A stretch of 64,000 bases of DNA. Source: Chitinophaga pinensis. GTDB taxonomy: Bacteria > Bacteroidota > Ignavibacteria > Kapaibacteriales > Kapaibacteriaceae. Each line of letters opens with the position of its first letter. Positions within the stretch are counted from its first letter, which is position 1. The stretch spans positions 99,257 through 163,256 of the forward strand of contig CALRYC010000001.1 of NCBI GenBank assembly GCA_943372295.1, given 5' to 3'. The notes under the pieces were generated by a model that worked only from the letters and a program-made list of their open reading frames with translations, made no database searches and was not told the DNA's origin. Of this stretch, positions 51,626-61,252 are shown piece after piece. Both the position numbers and the translations under genes were made by a program.

Positions 51626-53173
51626 ATGAAGCCATTTGATAACGAGGCCTATCACGACTTCACCAAGCCGGCCGTTGCGGCAAAGCAACGAGCTGCGATC
51701 GACGTTGTGCGCAAAGCATTCGGCAAAGAGTATCCGAACATCATTAACGGCAAACGTGTCAAGACCGTGAACAAGACGCGTAGCGTGAACCCGGCAGCCC
51801 CCTCCGAGGTCGTGGGACTCTTCCAGAAGTCAGGCGTGGATGATGCCGAAAAGGCCATGCGTTCGGCACTGAAAGCCTTCGAGACATGGAAGGACGTCGA
51901 TCCGAAGAAGCGCGCCGGAGTGCTTTTCAAGGCGGCCAACATCATTCGTCGACGTCGCCTGGAGATCAACGCATGGATGATCAGTGAAGTTGGGAAGAAC
52001 TACCTGGAGGCTGATGCCGACACCTGTGAAGCGATCGACTTTCTAGAGTTTTATGGTCGCGACATGCTGCGTCTTGCCGGACCTCAGCCCATCGTCCCGC
52101 AGCCGGGTGAAAAGAACGAGCTCCTCTATGTACCTCTCGGTGTGGGCGTAGTCATCCCACCGTGGAATTTCCCGTTCGCCATTCTTGCAGGTATGTCGGC
52201 AGCTGCCATAGTTGCCGGAAACACGGTCGTGCTCAAGCCGTCGAGCGACTCACCAATGATGGGCTGGCTGTTCCAAGAGATCATGACCGAGGCCGGTCTG
52301 CCAGCCGGAGTTCTCAACTTCCTTGTGGCCTCGGGCGCCGAGGCCGGAGACTATCTGGTGGCGCATCCGAAGACGCGATTCATTTCGTTTACAGGCTCAA
52401 TGCAGGTTGGTCTGCATGTGAATGAGCTTGCCGCCAAGACGCAGCCAGGACAGATCTGGATCAAACGTGTAGTGGCTGAAATGGGTGGCAAGGATGCGAT
52501 AGTGGTGGATGCCGATACGGACGTCGATGTTGCCGTGCAGGGCGTAGTGGCAGCCGCCTTTGGCTTTCAGGGACAGAAGTGTTCGGCCTGCTCGCGCGCG
52601 ATCGTTGATGCCAAGGTTTATGACGAGTTCGTAGCCAAACTCAAGATTGCAGTAGATGCCATTGCCGTCGGTGATCCTATGGACGACGTCCGCATGGGTC
52701 CGGTGGTCTCGTCGCGTGCAGAGCGCACGATCCTGGACTACATTGAGATCGGTAAGAAGGAAGGCAAGCTCATTTGTGGCGGATCGAAGGTTCCCGGTAA
52801 GAGTGGCTTTTTCATTCAGCCGACGGTCATCGTTAACCTCAAGCCCACGTCGCGAATCATGCAGGAAGAGATCTTCGGTCCGGTGTTGGCCGTGTGCAAA
52901 GCACGTGATTTCGATCACGCTCTGGAGATCGCCAACAACACCATCTATGGGCTGACCGGCGCCGTGTATACGCGCAACTCTCGTAAGCTGGCACGAGCGC
53001 GGAACGAGTTCCACTGCGGAAACCTCTACCTTAACCGCAAGTGCACCGGCGCGATGGTCGGCGGACATCCGTTCGGTGGTTTTAACATGAGCGGAACAGA
53101 CTCCAAGGCCGGGGGGCACGACTATCTTCTGCTGTTTCTTCAGGGCAAGTCCATAGCGACCAAGGTTTCCTGA
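51626..53173 (+). CDS. pruA: L-glutamate gamma-semialdehyde (1-pyrroline-5-carboxylate) dehydrogenase
   Basis: Aldehyde dehydrogenase family. Catalytic EMGGK and Cys in GQKCSACSR. RocA/PutC-type N-terminus MKPFDNEAY. Confidence 0.8.
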   Translation: MKPFDNEAYHDFTKPAVAAKQRAAIDVVRKAFGKEYPNIINGKRVKTVNKTRSVNPAAPSEVVGLFQKSGVDDAEKAMRSALKAFETWKDVDPKKRAGVLFKAANIIRRRRLEINAWMISEVGKNYLEADADTCEAIDFLEFYGRDMLRLAGPQPIVPQPGEKNELLYVPLGVGVVIPPWNFPFAILAGMSAAAIVAGNTVVLKPSSDSPMMGWLFQEIMTEAGLPAGVLNFLVASGAEAGDYLVAHPKTRFISFTGSMQVGLHVNELAAKTQPGQIWIKRVVAEMGGKDAIVVDADTDVDVAVQGVVAAAFGFQGQKCSACSRAIVDAKVYDEFVAKLKIAVDAIAVGDPMDDVRMGPVVSSRAERTILDYIEIGKKEGKLICGGSKVPGKSGFFIQPTVIVNLKPTSRIMQEEIFGPVLAVCKARDFDHALEIANNTIYGLTGAVYTRNSRKLARARNEFHCGNLYLNRKCTGAMVGGHPFGGFNMSGTDSKAGGHDYLLLFLQGKSIATKVS

Positions 53174-53934
53174 TGCTTCGCAACATTGCCCGTTCATTGG
53201 TGGCCGTTGCATGGCTGCTTGCAGTATCGTGTGTCGTCTCTGCGCAGGATGGAAACGGACTGATGAACAGATTCAATCAGCCGCCTGTGGAGCTGAGTAG
53301 ATTCCATGGCACGTGGTTCAATGCCGATTTCATCAAGGTGCTCAGTTCGGTGCGTTCGTATCAGGATGCGATCGGGCAGCTGCGTGGCTCAGACCCGCTG
53401 TGGGTGCGTATCGATTCGTCGTCTGAGGGGCGAATTGCGCTCGTCGGGTTCACGCCACAGAAGACCGATACGATGGTTCTGGGCATTAAGGCCATCAAAG
53501 GGGCTGGTCAGAAGTGGACGCTTGGAAGACGCGGTGCAACTCCGCTCTGGATGGTTGCCGACGACGAACAAAAGCGAACCTACATTGCCCTGACGCCCCT
53601 TGACAGCCTCGAACGTCAACCCTGTGTGATGGGTGCGCTTCCATCAAAAAACCAGGATCCGATGTTCATTCTCACGCGCATGGTCAACAACTCCCTTCTT
53701 GCCGGAAACTGGAAGGCCGCCGACGGCAGGCCATATCGGTTCTCCAATGATCTGGTGGCAGAGATAGACGGTCATTCCATTCGCTATAAGATGAGCTTCT
53801 CGAGCGTCGGCGCGCGCGTAAGTATCACCACCATTGATGGACAGCCGCGGACGTGGACGGTCGAACGGAGCTCGAAGCAGCTAACTCTGCGTCCGAAAAA
53901 TGGAGCGGCAATTCGACTTCAGCCTGTCTTATGA
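53173..53934 (+). CDS. Hypothetical secreted protein, translationally coupled to pruA (TGATG overlap)
   Basis: Signal peptide MLRNIARSLVAVAWLLAVSCVVSAQ. No recognised motifs. Confidence 0.5.
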   Translation: MLRNIARSLVAVAWLLAVSCVVSAQDGNGLMNRFNQPPVELSRFHGTWFNADFIKVLSSVRSYQDAIGQLRGSDPLWVRIDSSSEGRIALVGFTPQKTDTMVLGIKAIKGAGQKWTLGRRGATPLWMVADDEQKRTYIALTPLDSLERQPCVMGALPSKNQDPMFILTRMVNNSLLAGNWKAADGRPYRFSNDLVAEIDGHSIRYKMSFSSVGARVSITTIDGQPRTWTVERSSKQLTLRPKNGAAIRLQPVL

Positions 53935-54071
53935 AAAATCTTGAACGCAACGTAAGTCATTGCTGAGCATTGGCTTGATGTCGGTTCAAAAAATGTTGTA
54001 TCTTTGCGGCCTTGTCTGCAAATGCGACGAAAAAAACTCCACTTGACCATAACTGAACGCACGGAGAGATC

Positions 54072-54455
54072 ATGCATCCGAAAGTCAAAGCACTAGAAAC
54101 AATGGCCGTCACGGAAGCCTTTGAGCAGCGCAAGGCCAAGGCCGGCGAAGCCTCACCGGTGATCCCGAACTTCCGTCCGGGCGACACTGTCAAGATCGCC
54201 GTTCGTGTTGTCGAAGGTGAAAAGGAACGTATCCAGAACTTCCAGGGAGTGATCATTGCACGCCGTGGTTCTGGCATGAATGAGACCTTCCGCGTGCGGA
54301 AGATCTCTAACGGCGTCGGCGTTGAGCGGATATTCCCGATCCATTCGCCTATCATTCAGTCGATGGAGGTTCTCAAAGAAGGCTCGGTTCGGCGCGCCAA
54401 GTTGTATTACCTGCGCGGTATGAGCGATAAGAAGGTTCGTCAGAAGCTGTCCTAA
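54072..54455 (+). CDS. rplS: 50S ribosomal protein L19
   Basis: FRPGDTV...[15 protein letters not shown]...[15 protein letters not shown] upstream. Confidence 0.9.
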   Translation: MHPKVKALETMAVTEAFEQRKAKAGEASPVIPNFRPGDTVKIAVRVVEGEKERIQNFQGVIIARRGSGMNETFRVRKISNGVGVERIFPIHSPIIQSMEVLKEGSVRRAKLYYLRGMSDKKVRQKLS

Positions 54456-54539
54456 TTCGCTCGGCGAAACATTCCACACGATTTTAGCAAACCGGGCCCT
54501 GCGAATAGCGGGGCCTCGTTGTTTCAGGACCGTTTCAGC

Positions 54540-55781
54540 ATGCGTGTTGCCCTGATCTCCATCGGCGATGAAGTCCTGATCGGACAGGTCGTCAACCATA
54601 ATGCCGCATGGCTTGCCGAAGAGCTTACGCTTATCGGCTGCAGCGTCGAGGAGCACGTAACGCTTGGTGACGAAGCCGAGCAGCTGATGCAGACGCTTGA
54701 CAGGTTGCGTGGCTCATATTCGGTGATCATCATGACAGGGGGCTTGGGGCCCACACACGACGACATCACCAAGGGCGTTCTGACGAAGTATACCGGAGAT
54801 TGTCTGGTCGTGTCCGAGTTGTGGCTCCTGCACCTGCACGAGTGGATGCGCGAGCGCGGTCGCGAGGTGACCGAGCGCAATGCAGAACAAGCGCTGATCC
54901 CGTCCAAAGCAGTGCTGCTGCCCAACCCCATTGGAACAGCTCCTGGCTTGAGCATCGACCATCATGGATGTTTGATCGTGGCATTGCCCGGTGTGCCGAC
55001 TGAAATGCGGCACATCGTTCAGCGGCACCTTCTGCCTGCGCTGACGGAGCGTCTTGAGTCTTCAGAGGATGCACGCCGCCAGTACGTCACGCTTCTCACG
55101 GCAGGGATCGCCGAAAGTTCGCTGGCCGATCTGCTCGGCGATCCTCAGCAGTTCCTGGGTACATCTTCACTGGCGTTTCTGCCCAACTACCACGGGGTGC
55201 GGCTGCGTATAGGCGCGCAGCACGCTGAAGCATCCGTGCGCGAGGCGGAAATTTGGCGCGTGCGAGATCACATCATGCAGCGCGCTGCCAAGTATGTCTT
55301 CGGTAGCGGGAAGCAGACACTGGCAGAGGTGATCGGCCTGCGACTCAAAGAACGGGGCGAAACATTGGCCATTGCCGAATCGTGCACCAGCGGGATGCTT
55401 GGAGCGAGACTTACCGACGTCAGCGGCTCGAGCGCCTGGTTCCTCGGCGGAGTCATGTGCTATAGCAACGAATCCAAAGTCCGTGACCTTGCCGTATCGG
55501 AGAAAACTCTTCGAGCCTTCGGGGCTGTCAGCAACGAGGTTGCCAGGGAGCTGGCCATCGGCGTGAGGGAGCGCTTTGCAAGTTCATATGGCATCGGTAT
55601 CACTGGCGTGGCCGGACCTGGCGGAGGATCGACGGAAAAACCCGTCGGGACGGTGTGCATAGCCGTGGCCACGCCCGGACACTGCATAGCGACGCGTCAT
55701 CAGTTCGGTAATGACCGGCACGTCAACCGCGAGCGCAGTGTCGGTATGGCTATGGCTATGCTCTGGAGGCTGCTGTCGTGA
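54540..55781 (+). CDS. cinA: CinA-family competence/damage-inducible protein (NMN amidohydrolase)
   Basis: MRVALISIGDE N-terminal MoCF-like domain and a C-terminal CinA domain. Confidence 0.85.
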   Translation: MRVALISIGDEVLIGQVVNHNAAWLAEELTLIGCSVEEHVTLGDEAEQLMQTLDRLRGSYSVIIMTGGLGPTHDDITKGVLTKYTGDCLVVSELWLLHLHEWMRERGREVTERNAEQALIPSKAVLLPNPIGTAPGLSIDHHGCLIVALPGVPTEMRHIVQRHLLPALTERLESSEDARRQYVTLLTAGIAESSLADLLGDPQQFLGTSSLAFLPNYHGVRLRIGAQHAEASVREAEIWRVRDHIMQRAAKYVFGSGKQTLAEVIGLRLKERGETLAIAESCTSGMLGARLTDVSGSSAWFLGGVMCYSNESKVRDLAVSEKTLRAFGAVSNEVARELAIGVRERFASSYGIGITGVAGPGGGSTEKPVGTVCIAVATPGHCIATRHQFGNDRHVNRERSVGMAMAMLWRLLS

Positions 55782-56782
55782 CGATACTGGCTATCGAAAC
55801 ATCGTGTGATGATACCGCTGCCGCCGTGCTGGTTGATGGACACATTCGAAGTAACATCATCTCGTCTCAGGCGATCCACGACCTTTACGGTGGGATCGTT
55901 CCGGAGCTCGCATCACGTGAGCATATGAGATTGATCGCGCAGATCGTGGACTCCGCACTCAGCAAGGCCGACGTCGTGCTCGCAGCAATTGATGCCATCG
56001 CCGTGACCAATGGACCGGGACTGGCTGGGTCGCTGCTGGTCGGATCACAATATGCCAAGGGTCTTGCCCTTGCCCTCAAGATCCCGGTGTATCCCGTGCA
56101 CCACATCGAGGCGCATCTCTACTCCGGATACCTTGAAGAGCCAACATTACCCTATCCAAGTATCTCACTGGTGGTCAGCGGCGGACATACAAGCATTTTT
56201 CGCGTTGATTCACCGGATGCGTTCAGCGTTCTGGGCTCGACAACTGACGATGCGGCGGGAGAGGCGTTTGACAAGATCGCCAAGATGCTTGGTCTGGGTT
56301 ATCCGGGTGGTCCAGCTATTGACAAGCATGCAGCAGCAGGTAACCGGAACGCGTATTCATTTCCACGCGGGAGGATCAGCGAAGATTCGTTTGACTTCTC
56401 GTTCAGCGGACTCAAAACAGCCGTGCGCCGCGAGGTAGACCGGCTGGTAGCACTTGGTGAGCCCCTTCCGATCGACGATCTCTGCGCTTCGGCCCAGGCG
56501 GCGATTGTCGACATTCTCGTGGCCAAGACCATCCGTGCTGCCACAGCCAGTGCTGTGGTAGCGGTGACGATCTCCGGTGGGGTCAGCGCAAACACTGAGC
56601 TTCGCAGCCGGATGGCCGATCAATGCGCAGCTACGGGGTTGACCTTTGTCGCTCCGCGCATGCAGTACTGCGTGGACAACGCCGCAATGATCGCCTCGGT
56701 CGCGGCTATGAGGATAGCCTCAGGTGCAGCGGCGCCATCGATCCACTTTCCGATCGAACCCAAGGCCATACGAGCGCGCTGA
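55778..56782 (+). CDS. tsaD: tRNA N6-adenosine threonylcarbamoyltransferase
   Basis: ILAIETSCDDTAAAV...VSGGV motifs. Confidence 0.9.
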   Translation: MTILAIETSCDDTAAAVLVDGHIRSNIISSQAIHDLYGGIVPELASREHMRLIAQIVDSALSKADVVLAAIDAIAVTNGPGLAGSLLVGSQYAKGLALALKIPVYPVHHIEAHLYSGYLEEPTLPYPSISLVVSGGHTSIFRVDSPDAFSVLGSTTDDAAGEAFDKIAKMLGLGYPGGPAIDKHAAAGNRNAYSFPRGRISEDSFDFSFSGLKTAVRREVDRLVALGEPLPIDDLCASAQAAIVDILVAKTIRAATASAVVAVTISGGVSANTELRSRMADQCAATGLTFVAPRMQYCVDNAAMIASVAAMRIASGAAAPSIHFPIEPKAIRAR

Positions 56783-56787
56783 GCGCC

Positions 56788-58083
56788 TCAGAGCTCAGGA
56801 TACAGAGGGAACGCGTTACAGAACGTCTTGACGTCGGCCTTCACCGAGGCGTAGTTGTCCTCGTTTCCGATGTTACCGATCACTCGGTCGATGAAGCGCG
56901 CTATCTGCCGCATGTCGTCCTCGACCATGCCGCGGCTGGTCATTGCCGCCGTTCCTAGTCGGATGCCACTTGTAACCAATGGCGGCTGCGTATCGTATGG
57001 GACGGCATTCTTATTGCAAGTAATTCCCGCAGCATCCAGGGCGTTCTCGGCCTGCTTGCCCGTAGCGTTCTTATTGCGCAGATCGATCAGCATCAGGTGG
57101 TTATCCGTGCCGCCGGAGACGATGTTATAGTCAAGCTTGATCAGCTCCTCAGCCAAGGCTGATGCATTGCGGACCACCTGCTTGGTGTACTCATCAAATG
57201 CATCCGTCAGGCACTCACCAAAGGCCACGGCCTTTGCCGCGATAACGTGCATAAGCGGGCCTCCCTGGATACCGGGCATGACCATTGAATCGATCAGCTC
57301 GCCCATGAGCTTCTTGCGTCCGCTCTTTGGTGCAACCTTGCCGAAAGGATTCTCGTAATTCTTACCCATCACGATCAGGCCGCCGCGCGGACCGCGCAGG
57401 GTTTTGTGTGTTGTCGACGTCACAATATCGCAATAGGGAACGGGGCTCATCAGTCGCCCCTTGGCGATCAGACCCGCCGGATGGGCAATATCGGCAAGAA
57501 GAAAGGCCCCAACTTTATCAGCGATATCACGGAAGGCCTTGAAATCAATCTCCCTCGAGTATGCGCTGGCACCAACCGTGATCATCTTCGGCTGATGCTT
57601 CTTGGCAAGATCCTCAACAACGTTATAATCAAGACGTTCTGTTTCCTTGTCCAGACCATATCCTACGAAGTTGTAGAACATACCGGAAAAGTTCACCGGC
57701 GAACCGTGTGTCAGGTGTCCACCATGAGCCAGGTCCATCCCCAGCACCGTATCGCCAGGCTTGAGATACGTGAAGTACACGGCCATGTTTGCGCCAGATC
57801 CCGAGTGTGGCTGCACGTTGGCATACTCGGCATCAAACAGCTGCTTGAGGCGATCGATCGCGATGTTTTCGGCCACATCAACCCACTCGCATCCGCCGTA
57901 GTACCTCTTTCCGGGATATCCCTCGGCGTACTTGTTAGTCAGGATGCTGCCCTGAGCTTCCATGACGCTCAGCGAAGTAAAATTCTCGCTGGCAATGAGC
58001 TCGATCTTGTCGCACTGACGTCCATACTCGCCCTGAACGGCGTGAAACACTTGCGCGTCGGTCTGCTGTAGATGCGTGTACAT
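56788..58083 (-). CDS. glyA: Serine hydroxymethyltransferase
   Basis: ELIASENF and [12 protein letters not shown] (PLP lysine) motifs. Confidence 0.9.
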   Translation of the reverse strand: MYTHLQQTDAQVFHAVQGEYGRQCDKIELIASENFTSLSVMEAQGSILTNKYAEGYPGKRYYGGCEWVDVAENIAIDRLKQLFDAEYANVQPHSGSGANMAVYFTYLKPGDTVLGMDLAHGGHLTHGSPVNFSGMFYNFVGYGLDKETERLDYNVVEDLAKKHQPKMITVGASAYSREIDFKAFRDIADKVGAFLLADIAHPAGLIAKGRLMSPVPYCDIVTSTTHKTLRGPRGGLIVMGKNYENPFGKVAPKSGRKKLMGELIDSMVMPGIQGGPLMHVIAAKAVAFGECLTDAFDEYTKQVVRNASALAEELIKLDYNIVSGGTDNHLMLIDLRNKNATGKQAENALDAAGITCNKNAVPYDTQPPLVTSGIRLGTAAMTSRGMVEDDMRQIARFIDRVIGNIGNEDNYASVKADVKTFCNAFPLYPEL

Positions 58084-58147
58084 GCTCTTTGGTGGTGATG
58101 TTCTTGGTGGTGAAGACTGCGATGTCAGGCAGGTTTGTCGACAGATA

Positions 58148-59110
58148 TCATCGGACGACGGATAGGGGAATCAGAACGTTCCGGTCGGCGGCGCGAACCA
58201 CCAGCGAGTACATTCCCTGCGGGACCGACCCGAGTTCCATGACCATTGCTGGCGCGTCAACGAATCGACGGCGGGCAAGGGGCGTGATGGACCCGGTCGG
58301 AGAAACAAGGTCAACGTCGATAGTCGTTCCCATAAGCCCCGTGGGCATCGTCAGAACGGCAACATCGCCCGTCGGGTTCGGAGCGATCGAATAGCGCTCG
58401 TCACGCTCAAACGAGCGCACGGACGTAAAGTCGGATGAATCGAGGCAGATCGTTTCACCTGTGGCGATGTCATTGATGCAGAGCAGGCCTTGGCCCGGCT
58501 CCGGAGGTCCCCCGCCACCTTCGAGGCCGACCGGTGACCAGTTGATGATCCAGTAGAACTTGTCGGCTACGAACAATCCCGGCACGGCTTCGGCCGCAGC
58601 GGTCATGACGGCGAACGTCGCGTTGCTGTCCGGGTAGGCTTTGCTGAACGCCGAGAACTTCGGATTTGTCTTTAACGCGGTGATAAGCGCCGGGCCTTCA
58701 GTGAACTTGCTCGGCAGGGGAATGCGCCCGATCCCTTCGGTAATGTCGCCACCGCCAAAATCAATGTCTCCCGGCAGCGGTGGGGCAGAGCAGGTGCCGA
58801 ACAGGCGAATGAACGGCGCGAACGCGGTCGTGTCCTTACTGGCACTGCGGACGATATACAGCCACAGAGATGAGCGGCCGTCTTTGGAGCTCATCGCAAG
58901 CTCGATCGACGTTGCTCCGAGCGGCAGCTCCAGCCCAACGGCAACAACGCCGAGGATCTCTGCATCCGTGGCCCCGGCAATGGCATTCTTTGCCGCACTC
59001 ATGCACTGGCTCGGATCGAACGCTGGAGGTGAAAACTGCGCAAACGCCGCACCGGTGCACACAGTCGCGAGTAGGACGAGGGTATAGAGTTGACGCACGA
59101 CGTACCTCAT
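58148..59110 (-). CDS. Hypothetical secreted protein with a T9SS type-A C-terminal sorting domain (putative T9SS cargo)
   Basis: Signal peptide ...TGAAFAQ. C-terminus [14 protein letters not shown]...[22 protein letters not shown]. Confidence 0.6.
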   Translation of the reverse strand: MRYVVRQLYTLVLLATVCTGAAFAQFSPPAFDPSQCMSAAKNAIAGATDAEILGVVAVGLELPLGATSIELAMSSKDGRSSLWLYIVRSASKDTTAFAPFIRLFGTCSAPPLPGDIDFGGGDITEGIGRIPLPSKFTEGPALITALKTNPKFSAFSKAYPDSNATFAVMTAAAEAVPGLFVADKFYWIINWSPVGLEGGGGPPEPGQGLLCINDIATGETICLDSSDFTSVRSFERDERYSIAPNPTGDVAVLTMPTGLMGTTIDVDLVSPTGSITPLARRRFVDAPAMVMELGSVPQGMYSLVVRAADRNVLIPLSVVR

Positions 59111-59193
59111 GAAAGGGTCTGAAGAAAACACCGTGCAAATCTACCACCTGCCGTAGTTTTGCCCCGAATGATCGTACGAAAAACAGAGGCAGC

Positions 59194-61242
59194 ATGACGA
59201 AGAACGAGTGGTTTGAGGTCGCACGCACGGTGCTGGCCTCGCGGATTATTGACACGATCGAAGAAACCGAGCTTGCCCCTTCGGGCAAGGTCACGTATCA
59301 GTTTTCTGCTCGTGGACATGAGCTGGCGCAGGTGATCCTGGGTCAGGCGCTGCGCCACGGCCAAGACGCGGCCACGGTCTATTATCGCTCTCGCCCCCTT
59401 GTCATGGCGGCCGGGATGACCTATGAAGAGTCATTTGCCGGACCACTTGCACTTGCTGGCAGCCGTAATGGTGGTCGTGACATCGGCGTAGTGCATCACC
59501 TGCCGAATCGCCGTGGGGTGACGGTGCTGCCGGCCTCGGGTGATGTTGGCGCCCAGTACACGCCATGCGTGGGCTGGGCCCAGGCCATCAGCTATCACAC
59601 AAACGTCCGCAATGATGAAACCTGGAAGGGCGCAGTTGCCGTGGCTCTCGGCGGTGATGGCTCGACGGCAACAAACGGTTTCTGGGCAGCGTTGAACATT
59701 GCCACGACGCTCAAGCTTCCAATGATCTTCTTTATCGAGGATAATCAGTACGGCATCAGTGTTCCCGGAACAATGCAGACACCCGGTGGGAACATCGCTG
59801 CCAACCTTGCCTCATTTGCTTCTTTGCGCATTGTCGAGGTCGATGGCACGAACCCGGACGAGGCCGATCGGATGATCTCCAAGACGGTTGAACACGTGCG
59901 CGAGTCGCAGCGGCCGGCTCTGCTACGGGTTCGAGTGCCGCGCATCTGCGGACACAGCGGTGCTGATAATCAGTCATATAAATCTGCTGAGCAGCGCGAC
60001 GATGACCTGGCGCGTGATCCGATCGAGAAGCTCAAGGCGATGTTCATTCGCAAAAAGTATGTCGATGAACAGGGTTGGAACGACCTCGTGTCGTCGGTCG
60101 AGCAGGACGTTCGCATGGCGCAAGAGGCAGCCCTTGCTCAGCCTCAGCCGGTGGCGCAGGATGCGCTCACCAGACTTTTCGATGATGGATCGCAGCCCAA
60201 GCATGGTGGTCTTGCCGCCGAGGGGATCGACCCGGTTCCATCACAAACAGTGATCGCCGAAGAGGGCCCGCGCATCAACCTCATCGAAGCCGTAAAACGA
60301 ACACTTGATCATGAACTTGGCGTTAACCCGCGTTGCGTGGTCTTTGGCGAAGATGTCGGTATGAAAGGGGGCGTGCACGGCGCAACGGTGGACCTTCAAG
60401 TGCGCCATGGCGCAGGACGTGTCTTTGATACGTCGCTCAACGAGGATGGCATTATCGGTCGTGCCGTTGGCCTGGCCGCAGCAGGCCTGATGCCGGTGCC
60501 GGAGATCCAGTTCCGCAAGTATCTCGATCCGGCTACCGAGCAGATCAACGATTGCGGCACTCTGCGCTGGCGCACCAATGGCGACTTTGCCGCGCCGATG
60601 GTGGTCCGTATCCCGGTCGGCTTTTCCAAGCGGACCGGCGACCCGTGGCATAGTGTCAGCGGTGAGGCGATCCTTGCCCACACGCTTGGATGGCGCATCG
60701 CAATGCCGTCGAACGCCCAGGACGCGGTCGGACTTCTGCGCACGGCACTGCGCGGAAATGATCCGACGTTCTTCCTTGAGCATCGCGCGATTCAGGATAC
60801 CGCGCCGGGACGTGGCGTTTATCCCGGTGACTCCTATGCTATTCCGTTTGGTAAGGCAAACACCATTCGCAGTGGTACAAAGGCAACGATCGTGACGTGG
60901 GGTGAGATGGTTCATCGTGCCAAGTCTGCCGTCGAACTCTGTGCCGAAGACATTCAGATCATCGACCTGCGCACGATCGTACCGTGGGATCGCGAAGCGG
61001 TTATGGCCTCGGTCCGCAGAACCAATCGTTGCATGGTGTTGCATGAAGACACGATCACGGCCGGATTTGGTGCGGAGATTGCCGCAACAATATCGCGTGA
61101 GTGTTTCAGTGCGCTCGACGCTCCGGTGGTCCGTTGTGCGTCTGCCGACGTGCCCATCCCCTACAACAAGGGGATGATGGACGTGGTGATCCCAACGATC
61201 GAAGAGGTCGCCGCACAGCTCCGGGCGCTGCTGGCCTACTGA
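59194..61242 (+). CDS. 2-oxoacid dehydrogenase E1 component with the alpha and beta subunits fused in one polypeptide (TPP-dependent)
   Basis: An N-terminal alpha-like TPP-binding region and a C-terminal transketolase-like beta region in one 682-aa ORF. Confidence 0.8.
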   Translation: MTKNEWFEVARTVLASRIIDTIEETELAPSGKVTYQFSARGHELAQVILGQALRHGQDAATVYYRSRPLVMAAGMTYEESFAGPLALAGSRNGGRDIGVVHHLPNRRGVTVLPASGDVGAQYTPCVGWAQAISYHTNVRNDETWKGAVAVALGGDGSTATNGFWAALNIATTLKLPMIFFIEDNQYGISVPGTMQTPGGNIAANLASFASLRIVEVDGTNPDEADRMISKTVEHVRESQRPALLRVRVPRICGHSGADNQSYKSAEQRDDDLARDPIEKLKAMFIRKKYVDEQGWNDLVSSVEQDVRMAQEAALAQPQPVAQDALTRLFDDGSQPKHGGLAAEGIDPVPSQTVIAEEGPRINLIEAVKRTLDHELGVNPRCVVFGEDVGMKGGVHGATVDLQVRHGAGRVFDTSLNEDGIIGRAVGLAAAGLMPVPEIQFRKYLDPATEQINDCGTLRWRTNGDFAAPMVVRIPVGFSKRTGDPWHSVSGEAILAHTLGWRIAMPSNAQDAVGLLRTALRGNDPTFFLEHRAIQDTAPGRGVYPGDSYAIPFGKANTIRSGTKATIVTWGEMVHRAKSAVELCAEDIQIIDLRTIVPWDREAVMASVRRTNRCMVLHEDTITAGFGAEIAATISRECFSALDAPVVRCASADVPIPYNKGMMDVVIPTIEEVAAQLRALLAY

Positions 61243-61252
61243 TGTCACAGTC

